From assembly GCA_905236245.1 (NCBI GenBank), contig CAJOPC010000005.1:539-64538 (forward strand): a DNA stretch of 64,000 nt, in the 5' to 3' direction. This document shows positions 1 through 7,985 of this stretch, piece by piece. The translations under genes were made by a program, and so were the position numbers. This DNA comes from an uncultured Alphaproteobacteria bacterium. Its GTDB lineage: Bacteria > Pseudomonadota > Alphaproteobacteria > CAAHEQ01 > UBA3637. Position 1 is the stretch's first letter. Each line of letters begins with the position of its first letter. Under the pieces are notes generated by a model. That model saw only the letters and a program-made list of their open reading frames with translations, did not search any database and was not told the DNA's origin.

Positions 1-267
1 AACTTGGCTGTTACAGAAGCCAAAAAATTGGGCATTCCTGTGGTGGCTATTTGCGATTCTAATGCTAATCCGGATGGTATCGCTTATCCGATTCCGGGTA
101 ATGATGATGCCGGAAAAGCAATTGCTTTGTATTGTAACTTGATGGCAGGCGCTGCTTTGGATGGTATCCAAGCCGAACTCAAAGCCGCCGGTGTTGATGT
201 CGGTGCTGCTGAAGAAATCAAGGAAGAAGTTGTTGTAGCCGAAGAGAAAGCTGAAGAAAAGGCTTAA
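1..267 (+). CDS. rpsB: 30S ribosomal protein uS2, C-terminal part (5' end outside window)
   Basis: The window opens inside an ORF in frame 1 that ends with TAA at 265-267. The tail [42 protein letters not shown] is the conserved uS2 core, followed by an acidic/Ala-rich end. tsf lies downstream, as in the canonical operon. Confidence 0.85.
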   Translation, partial: NLAVTEAKKLGIPVVAICDSNANPDGIAYPIPGNDDAGKAIALYCNLMAGAALDGIQAELKAAGVDVGAAEEIKEEVVVAEEKAEEKA

Positions 268-268
268 G

Positions 269-868
269 ATGGATACAAACTATATGAGACAGATGTTGTC
301 CGCGCCAGTTAGTCTTCTTCGCCCATCAAGCGAAGAAGAGCGCGGGCTTTTCCATAACAGAAAAGGTTGGTTCTATACCTTTGGATTGGAGACTGGTCCC
401 AAGTTTGTAGCACACATTGATAAAGGTAAAAATATTTACACTTTTCGTCCTTTAGATAATTTAGTGAATCCCTTAATTCAGTTTCAGTGGTATGCAACGG
501 ACACACGTTATCCGGGAATTCTTCCTATGTTTGATGTGGTTTGCAAGACAGGACCAAACGCATCAGACGGGGATAGTCGTGAGTTTGGAAGGATTTTGGG
601 GCCGAAAGCTGAGGAATATACCGAAAAAGCTGCATTTGGTTTTTTAAAAACAAAGCTTGTTCGTTATTATTATCCTGATGTCTTCCAAAAAGCTTATAGA
701 TTGCGAGAGGGGTTGTTAGAGAGAGAAGCCAAAATACAACAGTTGTCGGAAACGCGAAGGGAATTCCGTGAGGCAGAACACAAGCTTCAAGGTTTAATGA
801 TTCCGAATGATTCAATAGATCAAATAACTCAAAATATAATAAACGAAAGGAGACAAAAAAATGGCTGA
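269..868 (+). CDS. hypothetical protein (199 aa) inserted between rpsB and tsf
   Basis: The ATG lies 1 nt after the rpsB stop. The TGA stop (866-868) overlaps the tsf ATG (ATGGCTGA). The composition is non-repetitive, with an aromatic-rich N-terminal part and a charged helical tail (LREGLLEREAKIQQLSETRREFREAEHKLQ). There is no signal peptide or TM segment, and I recognise no family. Confidence 0.5.
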   Translation: MDTNYMRQMLSAPVSLLRPSSEEERGLFHNRKGWFYTFGLETGPKFVAHIDKGKNIYTFRPLDNLVNPLIQFQWYATDTRYPGILPMFDVVCKTGPNASDGDSREFGRILGPKAEEYTEKAAFGFLKTKLVRYYYPDVFQKAYRLREGLLEREAKIQQLSETRREFREAEHKLQGLMIPNDSIDQITQNIINERRQKNG

Positions 869-1745
869 AATTACAGCAAAATTAGTTGGTGAATTGCGCG
901 AAAAAACAGGCGCAGGAATGATGGAATGCAAAAAAGCATTGGTGGAAACAAATGGTGATTTGGATGCTGCCATTGACTTTTTACGTAAAAAAGGTATGTC
1001 CGTGGCCGAAAAGAAAGCCGGTCGTGTGGCAAACCAAGGTGCTGTCGGTGTGAAAGTAGCCGGCAACAAAGGTGCGTTGGTCGAAGTAAATATTGAAACA
1101 GACTTTGCCGCTAAAAACGCCGATTTCCAAAAATTTGTACAAGATGTCACCGCGGTGGCTTTAAACGGAACCAGCGATGTGGAAGCTTTAAAGGCGGCCT
1201 CAATGAACGGTTCTACCGTCCAAGACAATGTGGTTGCTTTGATTGCCAAGATTGGTGAAAACATGAGCTTGCGCCGCGTCGCTGTTGTGGAAGGAGAAAC
1301 AGTTGTTCCTTACTTGCATACAACATTGGGTGACGATTTGTGCAAAATCGGCGTGTTGGTTGCCGCCAGCGGTGCCAATGCTGCTGATGTCGCCAAACAA
1401 GTTGCTATGCACATTGCTGCAACCGCCCCAAAGTTCTTGAGTGTGGCGGATGTGGATGCTGAAACAGCAAATCATGAACGCAACATTTATGCCGAACAAG
1501 CAAAAGCCAGCGGCAAACCAGAAGCCATTATTGAAAAAATGGTGGAAGGCCGTATGCAAAAGTTCTATCAAGAAGCTGTGTTGTTAGAACAACCATTCGT
1601 GATGGATCCGGACAAAAAGGTCAAAGATGTATTGGCTGCTGCCGGTGTCACTGTGACATCTTTTGCCCGCTTTGCATTGGGTGAAGGCATTGAAAAGAAA
1701 CAAGAAGATTTTGCCGCCGAAGTGGCTGCGCAAATGAATGGCTAA
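861..1745 (+). CDS. tsf: elongation factor Ts
   Basis: The N-terminus MAEITAKLVGELREKTGAGMMECKKALVETNGDLDAAIDFLRKKG is the EF-Ts UBA-like signature. An AAAGGAG SD lies upstream, and the length is 294 aa. Confidence 0.95.
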   Translation: MAEITAKLVGELREKTGAGMMECKKALVETNGDLDAAIDFLRKKGMSVAEKKAGRVANQGAVGVKVAGNKGALVEVNIETDFAAKNADFQKFVQDVTAVALNGTSDVEALKAASMNGSTVQDNVVALIAKIGENMSLRRVAVVEGETVVPYLHTTLGDDLCKIGVLVAASGANAADVAKQVAMHIAATAPKFLSVADVDAETANHERNIYAEQAKASGKPEAIIEKMVEGRMQKFYQEAVLLEQPFVMDPDKKVKDVLAAAGVTVTSFARFALGEGIEKKQEDFAAEVAAQMNG

Positions 1746-1764
1746 TTAAACGAAAGGGGATCAC

Positions 1765-2319
1765 ATGAGTTGGGAACAAATTAAAGCCGATATGCAAAAC
1801 AATATGGTGAAAGCTGAAGAAGCTCTTCACAAAGAGTTTGCTGGATTACGCACAGGACGTGCAACAACTGCCTTGTTGGATGGCATTATGGTGGAAGCCT
1901 ATGGCTCTGTGGTCCCTTTGAACCAAGTTGGAAATGTTAGCGTGCCGGATGCGCGCACACTCAGTATTTCCGTTTGGGATAAAAGCTTGATTAAAGCGGT
2001 AGAAAAGGCAATTACCGAGGCCAATTTAGGATTAAATCCGATGAATGATGGCCAATTGATTCGCTTGCCGATTCCGCCTTTGTCGGAAGAGCGTCGTATG
2101 GAGATTGTGAAAATCGCCGGACGTTATACCGAGGAAGTGCGCGTTTCCGTTCGTAACTATCGTCGTGAGGCTTTAGATGCTTTGAAAGCCATCAAGGATA
2201 GTTTGTCCGAAGATGATTACAAGCGTTATGAAAAAGAGATCCAAGATATGACGGATAAAACAATCGCCAAATTGGATGAGAATTTAAAAGCAAAAGAAGC
2301 AGAAATTAAGCAGGTCTAA
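1765..2319 (+). CDS. frr: ribosome recycling factor
   Basis: 184 aa. Motifs LRTGRATTALLD, NLGLNPMNDGQLIRLPIPPLSEERR and RNYRREA are typical of RRF. An AAGGGGA SD is present. Confidence 0.95.
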   Translation: MSWEQIKADMQNNMVKAEEALHKEFAGLRTGRATTALLDGIMVEAYGSVVPLNQVGNVSVPDARTLSISVWDKSLIKAVEKAITEANLGLNPMNDGQLIRLPIPPLSEERRMEIVKIAGRYTEEVRVSVRNYRREALDALKAIKDSLSEDDYKRYEKEIQDMTDKTIAKLDENLKAKEAEIKQV

Positions 2320-3038
2320 TGAATATACAAACCGAAAACGATAAAATCCCTCAACACATTGCCATAATTATGGATGGTAATGGGCGTTGGGCAACCGAAA
2401 AAGGGTTGCCGCGCACCGAAGGACATCGTCAAGGAGCCAAAAACGTTCGTGTGATTTTGGAACACGCCAAAGAACGTGGGGTCAAGTATGTCACTTTATA
2501 TGCTTTTTCGTCCGAGAATTGGAATCGTCCCAAAGAGGAAGTCAATGTTTTGATGGAATTGTTTCGGAAATATCTTAAAGAAGATGTGGCAGATTTGCAA
2601 AAAAACAAAGTTTGTGTGTCCTTTATCGGGGATCGGGCGCGCTTCCCGGAAGATATGCAGGAGCGCATGAACGAAGTAGAACGTGAAACAGCAGATTATG
2701 ATGATTTCCATGTCGTTTTGGCGCTTTCCTATGGCGCGCGTGACGATATGATTGCCGCCATTAAGCGTATTGCTATGGATGCGATGGACAGAAAGTGTAT
2801 GATTTCCGCCATCAATGAGCAAGTTGTCAATGACGCTTTATCCACTCATGGAATTCCTTATCCAGATTTAGTGATTCGCACCAGCGGAGAGCAACGCCTC
2901 AGCAATTTTTTGTTGTGGGAAATTGCCTATGCTGAGTTGTATTTCACTCCAATTTATTGGCCCGATTTTAACGAGCAGGATTTAGATATTGCTATCGAGG
3001 CCTATGGTCGCCGCAACCGTCGTTTCGGCAAAGTGTAG
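2319..3038 (+). CDS. uppS: undecaprenyl-diphosphate synthase (cis-prenyltransferase)
   Basis: Carries HIAIIMDGNGRWA, TLYAFSSENWNRP and IRTSGEQRLSNFLLWEIAYAELYF motifs. TAATG start/stop overlap with frr. Confidence 0.93.
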   Translation: MNIQTENDKIPQHIAIIMDGNGRWATEKGLPRTEGHRQGAKNVRVILEHAKERGVKYVTLYAFSSENWNRPKEEVNVLMELFRKYLKEDVADLQKNKVCVSFIGDRARFPEDMQERMNEVERETADYDDFHVVLALSYGARDDMIAAIKRIAMDAMDRKCMISAINEQVVNDALSTHGIPYPDLVIRTSGEQRLSNFLLWEIAYAELYFTPIYWPDFNEQDLDIAIEAYGRRNRRFGKV

Positions 3039-3039
3039 A

Positions 3040-3858
3040 TTATTTGCATAAGATAAATTGCCCACTTTCACCGCAATAATTGCCTTGGCAATAAGGAGTT
3101 TGTTCTTCGGGACAGCAAGCGTTAAACCGGCATACATTATTCCCATAATATGACACACAAGAAGGTGTGCACCCCGTCTCGTTGCAACGATATTCTTTAC
3201 ACACTCCGTTACTGTAATATTCAAAACAATAAATGGCTCCTGCACAACATGAGACATTTAGGCAATTCCCATCCTCATTTTGCTTGCGACAATAACCTGT
3301 TTGTCCATCCTGACAACAACTATAGTAGTCATCTACAACATGAGGATGAGTCCCTTCGGAACAACAAACACCGCCTCCATCAGGTAAAGCGTTTTTATAT
3401 AAAATGCCTTGGCAACATCCATAATTGTCTCCATAAGAGAACCTATGCATAACATAAGGTTCTCCAGAACAACAAATATTATAATCATATGCACAATTGC
3501 CATCGGGATCTACTGTTTTGCAATATGGAACACCATCACAACAAATGGGGTATTCAGGGCCATATATTCTTGTGGCTGTTTGATTGGCATTACAACACAA
3601 AGGAATGCTTTCATTACAACATTGGTTTGTTTCTTTATTGCACACATTATCCCCTTGACAACAATAATCGCCGCATTGTTTTTCGGCTGGGCATGTTTCT
3701 CCGGGTGAATCTCCGTCTTTCCCATTAAAATGTATGCCGATTGAGTCAACGCCCGTTCCGCGATAAATGGAAGATTGTCGGCTTTTGCCTCCTCCTCCGA
3801 AGGCAAGTACACTTGTTGCCACTAAAATTGCAGAGCCAAATAATAATACTTTTTTCAT
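3040..3858 (-). CDS. secreted hyper-cysteine-rich protein, family member 1
   Basis: The ATG at 3858 is preferred over the TTG at 3873. Signal peptide MKKVLLFGSAILVATSVLA is followed by the leader module FGGGGKSRQSSIYRGTGVDSIGIHFNGK, shared with the ORFs at 12719 and 61511. The remainder has 36 Cys, including 10 CC doublets. Confidence 0.75.
   Translation of the reverse strand: MKKVLLFGSAILVATSVLAFGGGGKSRQSSIYRGTGVDSIGIHFNGKDGDSPGETCPAEKQCGDYCCQGDNVCNKETNQCCNESIPLCCNANQTATRIYGPEYPICCDGVPYCKTVDPDGNCAYDYNICCSGEPYVMHRFSYGDNYGCCQGILYKNALPDGGGVCCSEGTHPHVVDDYYSCCQDGQTGYCRKQNEDGNCLNVSCCAGAIYCFEYYSNGVCKEYRCNETGCTPSCVSYYGNNVCRFNACCPEEQTPYCQGNYCGESGQFILCK
3718..3801 (-). repeat. coding segment for the conserved post-signal leader module (copy 1 of 3)
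   Basis: Encodes FGGGGKSRQSSIYRGTGVDSIGIHFNGK. The same 28-aa module is encoded at 12827..12910 and 61568..61651. Confidence 0.8.
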
Positions 3859-4030
3859 GGAAAACCCTTTCAATACAGGTGGTTGGTATTTAAAAAAAAA
3901 CGAAGTTAAACACCTCTATTCTTTGATATAAGGATAACAGAACAAAACAAACAGGGCAAGTGAAAAAGTTCAATCATATCTTTTATGTCTATTTTGTGGT
4001 GTTTTTAAGAAAGATTTTTCAATTTTTTAC

Positions 4031-4059
4031 TTGCAAAAAAAAGTTTTTTGTATTAAAAT
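4031..4059 (+). promoter_or_regulatory. candidate sigma-70-type promoter (TTGCAA-17 nt-TAAAAT)
   Basis: The hexamers and 17-nt spacer were read directly. The site lies about 35 nt upstream of the 4093 ATG, in an AT-rich divergent intergenic region. Confidence 0.3.
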
Positions 4060-4092
4060 ATTAGTCACTTATTTTTTGGAAAGGAACAAGAA

Positions 4093-4659
4093 ATGAAACC
4101 AGAATCTCAAAAACAATCTTTAGATAGTAGAATTTATAGCGCCATCAAGGCCTTATGTAATGAAGATGCAAATGATGATCAAAAAGGTGCAGCTGCACCA
4201 GGATCGATTCGTGTTCGGGATGCTTTATCAGCGTTTGGCTTTTTGGCTCAACGCGCATCTGCACGAGAAATTGAATTTCACAAAGGTGATTATTTGCGGA
4301 TGTTTAATAAGACGCTGAATACCTTGGCGCCTGTTGCGGTTGAATCGGACGCAAAAGATTCGGCAGTTGCTGCGCCCGCCGTTGAGTTTACACCGACGAT
4401 TGTTGTTTTGGCAGATTGGTTTTTGAAACAAAATGAACTTTCTTACAATTCAAATTATCGAAACCGCTTGATTGATATGACCAAGATTATCGCTGCAAAA
4501 AATTTGCCGGTGCCATCTGAAAAGAAGGCAGATTGGACAAAGAAATTGGCTCCGAAACGTCCTCGTTCAACGAATATACGTCCGTTGAACGAACCTGCGG
4601 AGACTTGCACATGTACTCCTTTGACCTGCCATAATCGTCTTCCATCGATATATGACTAA
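4093..4659 (+). CDS. hypothetical protein (188 aa)
   Basis: A GGAAAGGA SD precedes the ATG. It ends 12 nt before mipZ on the same strand. It has an Ala/Pro-rich middle and a basic, Cys/Thr-containing tail (ETCTCTPLTCHNR). I recognise no family. Confidence 0.5.
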   Translation: MKPESQKQSLDSRIYSAIKALCNEDANDDQKGAAAPGSIRVRDALSAFGFLAQRASAREIEFHKGDYLRMFNKTLNTLAPVAVESDAKDSAVAAPAVEFTPTIVVLADWFLKQNELSYNSNYRNRLIDMTKIIAAKNLPVPSEKKADWTKKLAPKRPRSTNIRPLNEPAETCTCTPLTCHNRLPSIYD

Positions 4660-4671
4660 AAAGGAATTAAA

Positions 4672-5475
4672 ATGACGGCGAAAATTATTGTTTTTGCAAA
4701 CGAAAAAGGTGGTACAGGTAAATCCACATTGGCGATGCATACGATTGTTGCGTTGTTGCGTGCAGGGAAAAAAGTGGCCTCATTTGATTTGGACCCCAAT
4801 CAACAAAGTTTAACACGCTATATCGAAAATAGACGGACATTTGTGATGGAAAAAGGTGTTTCCTTGCCTTTGCCAGAGCACACTTGTTGGACGCCAGATG
4901 TAGCTAAAATTTATACTTTGCGCAGTCGATTGGATAAGTTATCAAATGAAGTAGATGCTATCGTCATTGATACCCCAGGATCTCACACAGAATTAGGTGT
5001 TGAAGCGATGACTTTAGCTGATGTCTTGGTGACACCGATGAACGATAGTTTGGTGGATTTGGATATTTTAGCTCTTGTGGATGGCGAGACCTTAAAGATT
5101 ACAGGCCCCAGCCATTTTGCCCAAACTGTTTGGAGCACACGTCAACAAAGAATGTTAGAGAGAAAGCCTTCTTTGAATTGGTTTGTTGTGCGCAACAGAA
5201 TGTTGTTCAACAAGTCCAGAAACTCTCAAACAATGTCTATCTTGCTCAATGCACTTTCTCGTCGTATTCATTTTGAATTGGTGGGCGTTGTGTCCGAACG
5301 TGTTGTTTTCCGTGAATTGTTCCTAAAAGGTTTAACTATGTTGGATTTTAAAGAGGACAATATTCGTATTCCCACAACTGTTTCGTCTAGAACGGCCCGT
5401 CAGGAACTTTGCATTTTAGTGGATAAAATTTGGGGAACCCCCTTGTATTCCGAACCTGTTTCTGCTATAAAATAA
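4672..5475 (+). CDS. mipZ: MipZ-type ParA-family ATPase (division-plane positioning)
   Basis: It has the deviant Walker A NEKGGTGKST. The blocks DLDPNQQSLTRYIENRR, VIDTPGS, VTPMNDSLVDLD, WFVVRNR, VFRELF and TARQEL are collinear with Caulobacter MipZ as I recall it. Confidence 0.8.
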   Translation: MTAKIIVFANEKGGTGKSTLAMHTIVALLRAGKKVASFDLDPNQQSLTRYIENRRTFVMEKGVSLPLPEHTCWTPDVAKIYTLRSRLDKLSNEVDAIVIDTPGSHTELGVEAMTLADVLVTPMNDSLVDLDILALVDGETLKITGPSHFAQTVWSTRQQRMLERKPSLNWFVVRNRMLFNKSRNSQTMSILLNALSRRIHFELVGVVSERVVFRELFLKGLTMLDFKEDNIRIPTTVSSRTARQELCILVDKIWGTPLYSEPVSAIK

Positions 5476-5501
5476 ATAGCATAAGAAACGGGAGGAATTT
5501 T

Positions 5502-7124
5502 ATGAATATTACGGCCGTAAAGACAAAGCCTTATTCAGATCAGATATTTGGTACGTCTGGGTTGAGGCGGCGTACCTCTGTCTTTATGCAGAAAAATTAT
5601 ATTCATAATGTGGTTCAATCATTTTTTAATGCTATTCAAGGTTTTGAAGGTAAAACGCTTATATTGGGTGGCGATGGCCGGTATGGGAGCAGTAAAGCCC
5701 TCCAAATTGTTATTAAAATTGCGGCAGCAAATGGTGTCGGACGGATTATCGTTGGAAAAAAAGGTTGGCTTTCTACTCCAGCGCTTTCACATTTGATTAC
5801 TTTAAACGATGCATTTGCAGGGATTATATTGACGGCAAGTCATAATCCCGGCGGTAAAGATGGAGATTTTGGCATTAAGTTTGATTTAAAAAATGGTGCC
5901 GGCGCACCGCTTTCTGTGACAAACAGAATAAGTCAATGTGCAAAAGCAATAACGCATTATTGGTGGTTTGATGCTCCGGATGTGGAATTGGGCAATATCG
6001 GTACAAAGCAAATTGGTAAAACGCAAGTCGAAGTAATAGATCCCGTTGAAGATTATGCTGCTTATATGCAAGAAATTTTTGATTTTAAAGCAATCAAAAA
6101 GCTTTTTGCCTCTGGATTTTCTTTTGTGTTTGATGCAATGAATGCTGTAACAGGACCATATGCTAAATATATTTTTGAAGAACTTCTTGGATCTCCCGCA
6201 GGTTCCGTTAGAAATGCAGAACCTAAAGTTGATTTTGGTGGATTGCATCCCGAGCCCAATCCTGTTTATGCAGCTCATTTAGTTAAAATGATGAAGGCAC
6301 CGAATGCACCAGATTTTGCAGCGGCTTCGGATGGAGACGGAGATCGATATATGGTGCTTGGTAAAAACTTTTTTATTGATCCGTCGGATAGTTTGGCCAT
6401 TTTGACGGAGCACCTTGATAAAATTCCGTTTTATCACAAGCGTCTTTATGGTGTTGCGCGCTCTATGCCAACCTCTGAGGCAGCAGATTTTGTGGCAAAG
6501 CGCAAAAAATTACCTATTTACAAAACGCCAACAGGATGGAAGTTTTTTGGATCCTTATTAGAAAATAAAAAGATCTCTTTGTGCGGTGAGGAAAGTTTTG
6601 GAGCCGGTTCAAATCATGTGATGGAAAAAGATGGTTTGTGGGCTATTTTGGCATGGCTTAATATCATGGCTATAACACATAAATCACCCCAGAAATTGGT
6701 TCAAGAATTGTGGGACAAGGATGGTCGAGTTTATTATGTGCGGCATAATTATGAAGACATTCCTTTGGATCAGGCGCAAAATTTAATGAGGGCATTGGCC
6801 TCCAGAATTGCTTCTCTTCCTGGACAAAAATTTGGAAGCTTGATTGTGAAATCTGCCGAAGTTTTTAATTACACGGACCCTGTTACTTCGGAAGTTGCCG
6901 AAAATCAAGGATATATTATTACGTTGTCAAATAAAACACGTGTTATGATTCGCTTGTCTGGAACAGGAAGTGTTGGCACAACTTTACGGCTTTATTTTTC
7001 ACGTCATGAAAGAAAATTAAATGAGGCCCCGGCAGAAGTGTTGGCTACCGTTATCTTGGCCACCAGTTCGATTTTACAATTGGAAAAATATATCGGTGTG
7101 AATACCCCAACAACAATTGTTTAA
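5502..7124 (+). CDS. pgm: phosphoglucomutase (alpha-D-phosphohexomutase family)
   Basis: The start is trimmed to ATG 5502, with GGAGG at 5491-5495. It has the TASHNPGG catalytic-Ser loop, the DGDGDR metal loop and GEESFG. Length is about 540 aa. Confidence 0.9.
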   Translation: MNITAVKTKPYSDQIFGTSGLRRRTSVFMQKNYIHNVVQSFFNAIQGFEGKTLILGGDGRYGSSKALQIVIKIAAANGVGRIIVGKKGWLSTPALSHLITLNDAFAGIILTASHNPGGKDGDFGIKFDLKNGAGAPLSVTNRISQCAKAITHYWWFDAPDVELGNIGTKQIGKTQVEVIDPVEDYAAYMQEIFDFKAIKKLFASGFSFVFDAMNAVTGPYAKYIFEELLGSPAGSVRNAEPKVDFGGLHPEPNPVYAAHLVKMMKAPNAPDFAAASDGDGDRYMVLGKNFFIDPSDSLAILTEHLDKIPFYHKRLYGVARSMPTSEAADFVAKRKKLPIYKTPTGWKFFGSLLENKKISLCGEESFGAGSNHVMEKDGLWAILAWLNIMAITHKSPQKLVQELWDKDGRVYYVRHNYEDIPLDQAQNLMRALASRIASLPGQKFGSLIVKSAEVFNYTDPVTSEVAENQGYIITLSNKTRVMIRLSGTGSVGTTLRLYFSRHERKLNEAPAEVLATVILATSSILQLEKYIGVNTPTTIV

Positions 7125-7139
7125 AAACTGATTTTGTTC

Positions 7140-7168
7140 TTGCAATCTATTCTTTTTATCGTTACAAT
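7140..7168 (+). promoter_or_regulatory. candidate sigma-70-type promoter (TTGCAA-17-TACAAT) for mlaEF
   Basis: Hexamers read directly, 22 nt upstream of the GTG start at 7191. Confidence 0.4.
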
Positions 7169-7190
7169 AGGGCTAGGAAAGGAGCAGTAA

Positions 7191-7979
7191 GTGTTCGAAA
7201 AATTTTTATCATTTGTCAACACGTTGGGACGTTTTGTCATTGGCTTTTTTCGTGCCAGTGGAGACTTGATTTTGTTCACGGCCCAGATACTTTTGTATGT
7301 TTTTAAAGCTCCTTTTTATATCAATGAAACAATTCGTATGAGTATTGAAATAGGCTTTTATTCGTTGCCTGTTGTTGCATTGACAACTATTTTTTCGGGC
7401 ATGGTGATTGCTATTCAAACTTATGAAGCCGTGTCCAAGTTTTCGGCAGAAGGTGCCGTTTCAATGGTTGTGTTAGTTGCGGTGACGCGTGAGTTGGCCC
7501 CCGTGATGGCCGCATTGATGGTGGCAGGGCGAATTGGCGCAGCGATGGCGGCGGAAATTGGAACAATGCGCGTGACAGAACAAATAGATGCGCTTTCTAC
7601 TTTGCGGACAAATCCTGTTCAATATTTGATTGTTCCTCGGGTTGTTGCCGGAACATTGATGATGCCTCTGCTTGTTTTAATCGGAGATGCGATTGGCGTG
7701 TGCGGAGGATATCTTGTCGGTGTGACAAAGATGGATTTTAATGCCACAACTTATTTAATCAATACATGGAATACTCTTAAAGCGATGGATATTGTTTCCG
7801 GCATGACAAAGGCTGCTGTGTTCGGTTTCATCATTACTGTGTTAGGATGTTATCATGGTTTTAAATCTCAAGGTGGGGCACAAGGCGTTGGTCAGGCCAC
7901 AACAAATGCGGTGGTGTCTTCCAGTATTTTGATCTTGATTTTCAACTATCTGTTAACTGAACTCTTTTTCAAAATGTAA
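7191..7979 (+). CDS. mlaE: MlaE-family ABC transporter permease (phospholipid/lipid asymmetry)
   Basis: GTG start with a GGAAAGGAG SD. It is a multi-TM protein carrying VTRELAPVMAALMVAGRIGAAMAAEIGTMRVTEQIDAL, typical of MlaE/YrbE. Confidence 0.85.
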   Translation: MFEKFLSFVNTLGRFVIGFFRASGDLILFTAQILLYVFKAPFYINETIRMSIEIGFYSLPVVALTTIFSGMVIAIQTYEAVSKFSAEGAVSMVVLVAVTRELAPVMAALMVAGRIGAAMAAEIGTMRVTEQIDALSTLRTNPVQYLIVPRVVAGTLMMPLLVLIGDAIGVCGGYLVGVTKMDFNATTYLINTWNTLKAMDIVSGMTKAAVFGFIITVLGCYHGFKSQGGAQGVGQATTNAVVSSSILILIFNYLLTELFFKM

Positions 7980-7985
7980 GAGGTT

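Noticed and set aside
812-1264. A 150-aa minus-strand ORF antisense to tsf. Similar long antisense ORFs occur at 12224..12763 (rpoH), 47640..48233 (lpxB), 53442..53990 (nusA), 55508..56206 (infB), 59862..60344 and 60669..61349 (pnp), and 49377..49895 (lipoprotein gene).
   Set aside because: Each lies fully inside a strongly supported gene on the other strand. Their compositions are odd and low in information (runs of F, I, N, H, C). They lack SDs and recognisable motifs. They are typical shadow ORFs of an AT-rich genome.
3036-3042. uppS and Cys-rich gene 1 converge with only 1 nt between their stop codons and no terminator. I considered this as evidence of a recent insertion.
   Set aside because: The same compaction is seen at other convergent pairs: radC/uvrA with a 0-nt gap at 15533/15534, and ftsZ/accA. 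It is a genome-wide trait, not a local signature.
3150-3708. Plus-strand ORFs (3150..3452, 3409..3708, 3489..3728) and the analogous alternative-frame or antisense ORFs at 12800..13229 overlapping the Cys-rich genes.
   Set aside because: They are mirror or alternative frames of TGT/TGC-rich coding sequence, giving H/N/T/I-rich junk. The Cys-rich frames have signal peptides, SDs and three-way paralogue support.
5430-5501. 5'-extended starts in the ORF track: pgm 5430, rpoH 11741, Cys-rich gene 2 at 12701, ddl 31077, cdsA 40102, rseP 40980, bamA 42002, lpxD 44886, lpxI 46762, lipoprotein 49437, rimP 52655, and Cys-rich gene 1 at 3873.
   Set aside because: The extensions overlap upstream genes or promoters and lack an SD. 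They precede an in-frame ATG that has a good SD and the expected conserved N-terminus or signal peptide. I trimmed the starts accordingly.
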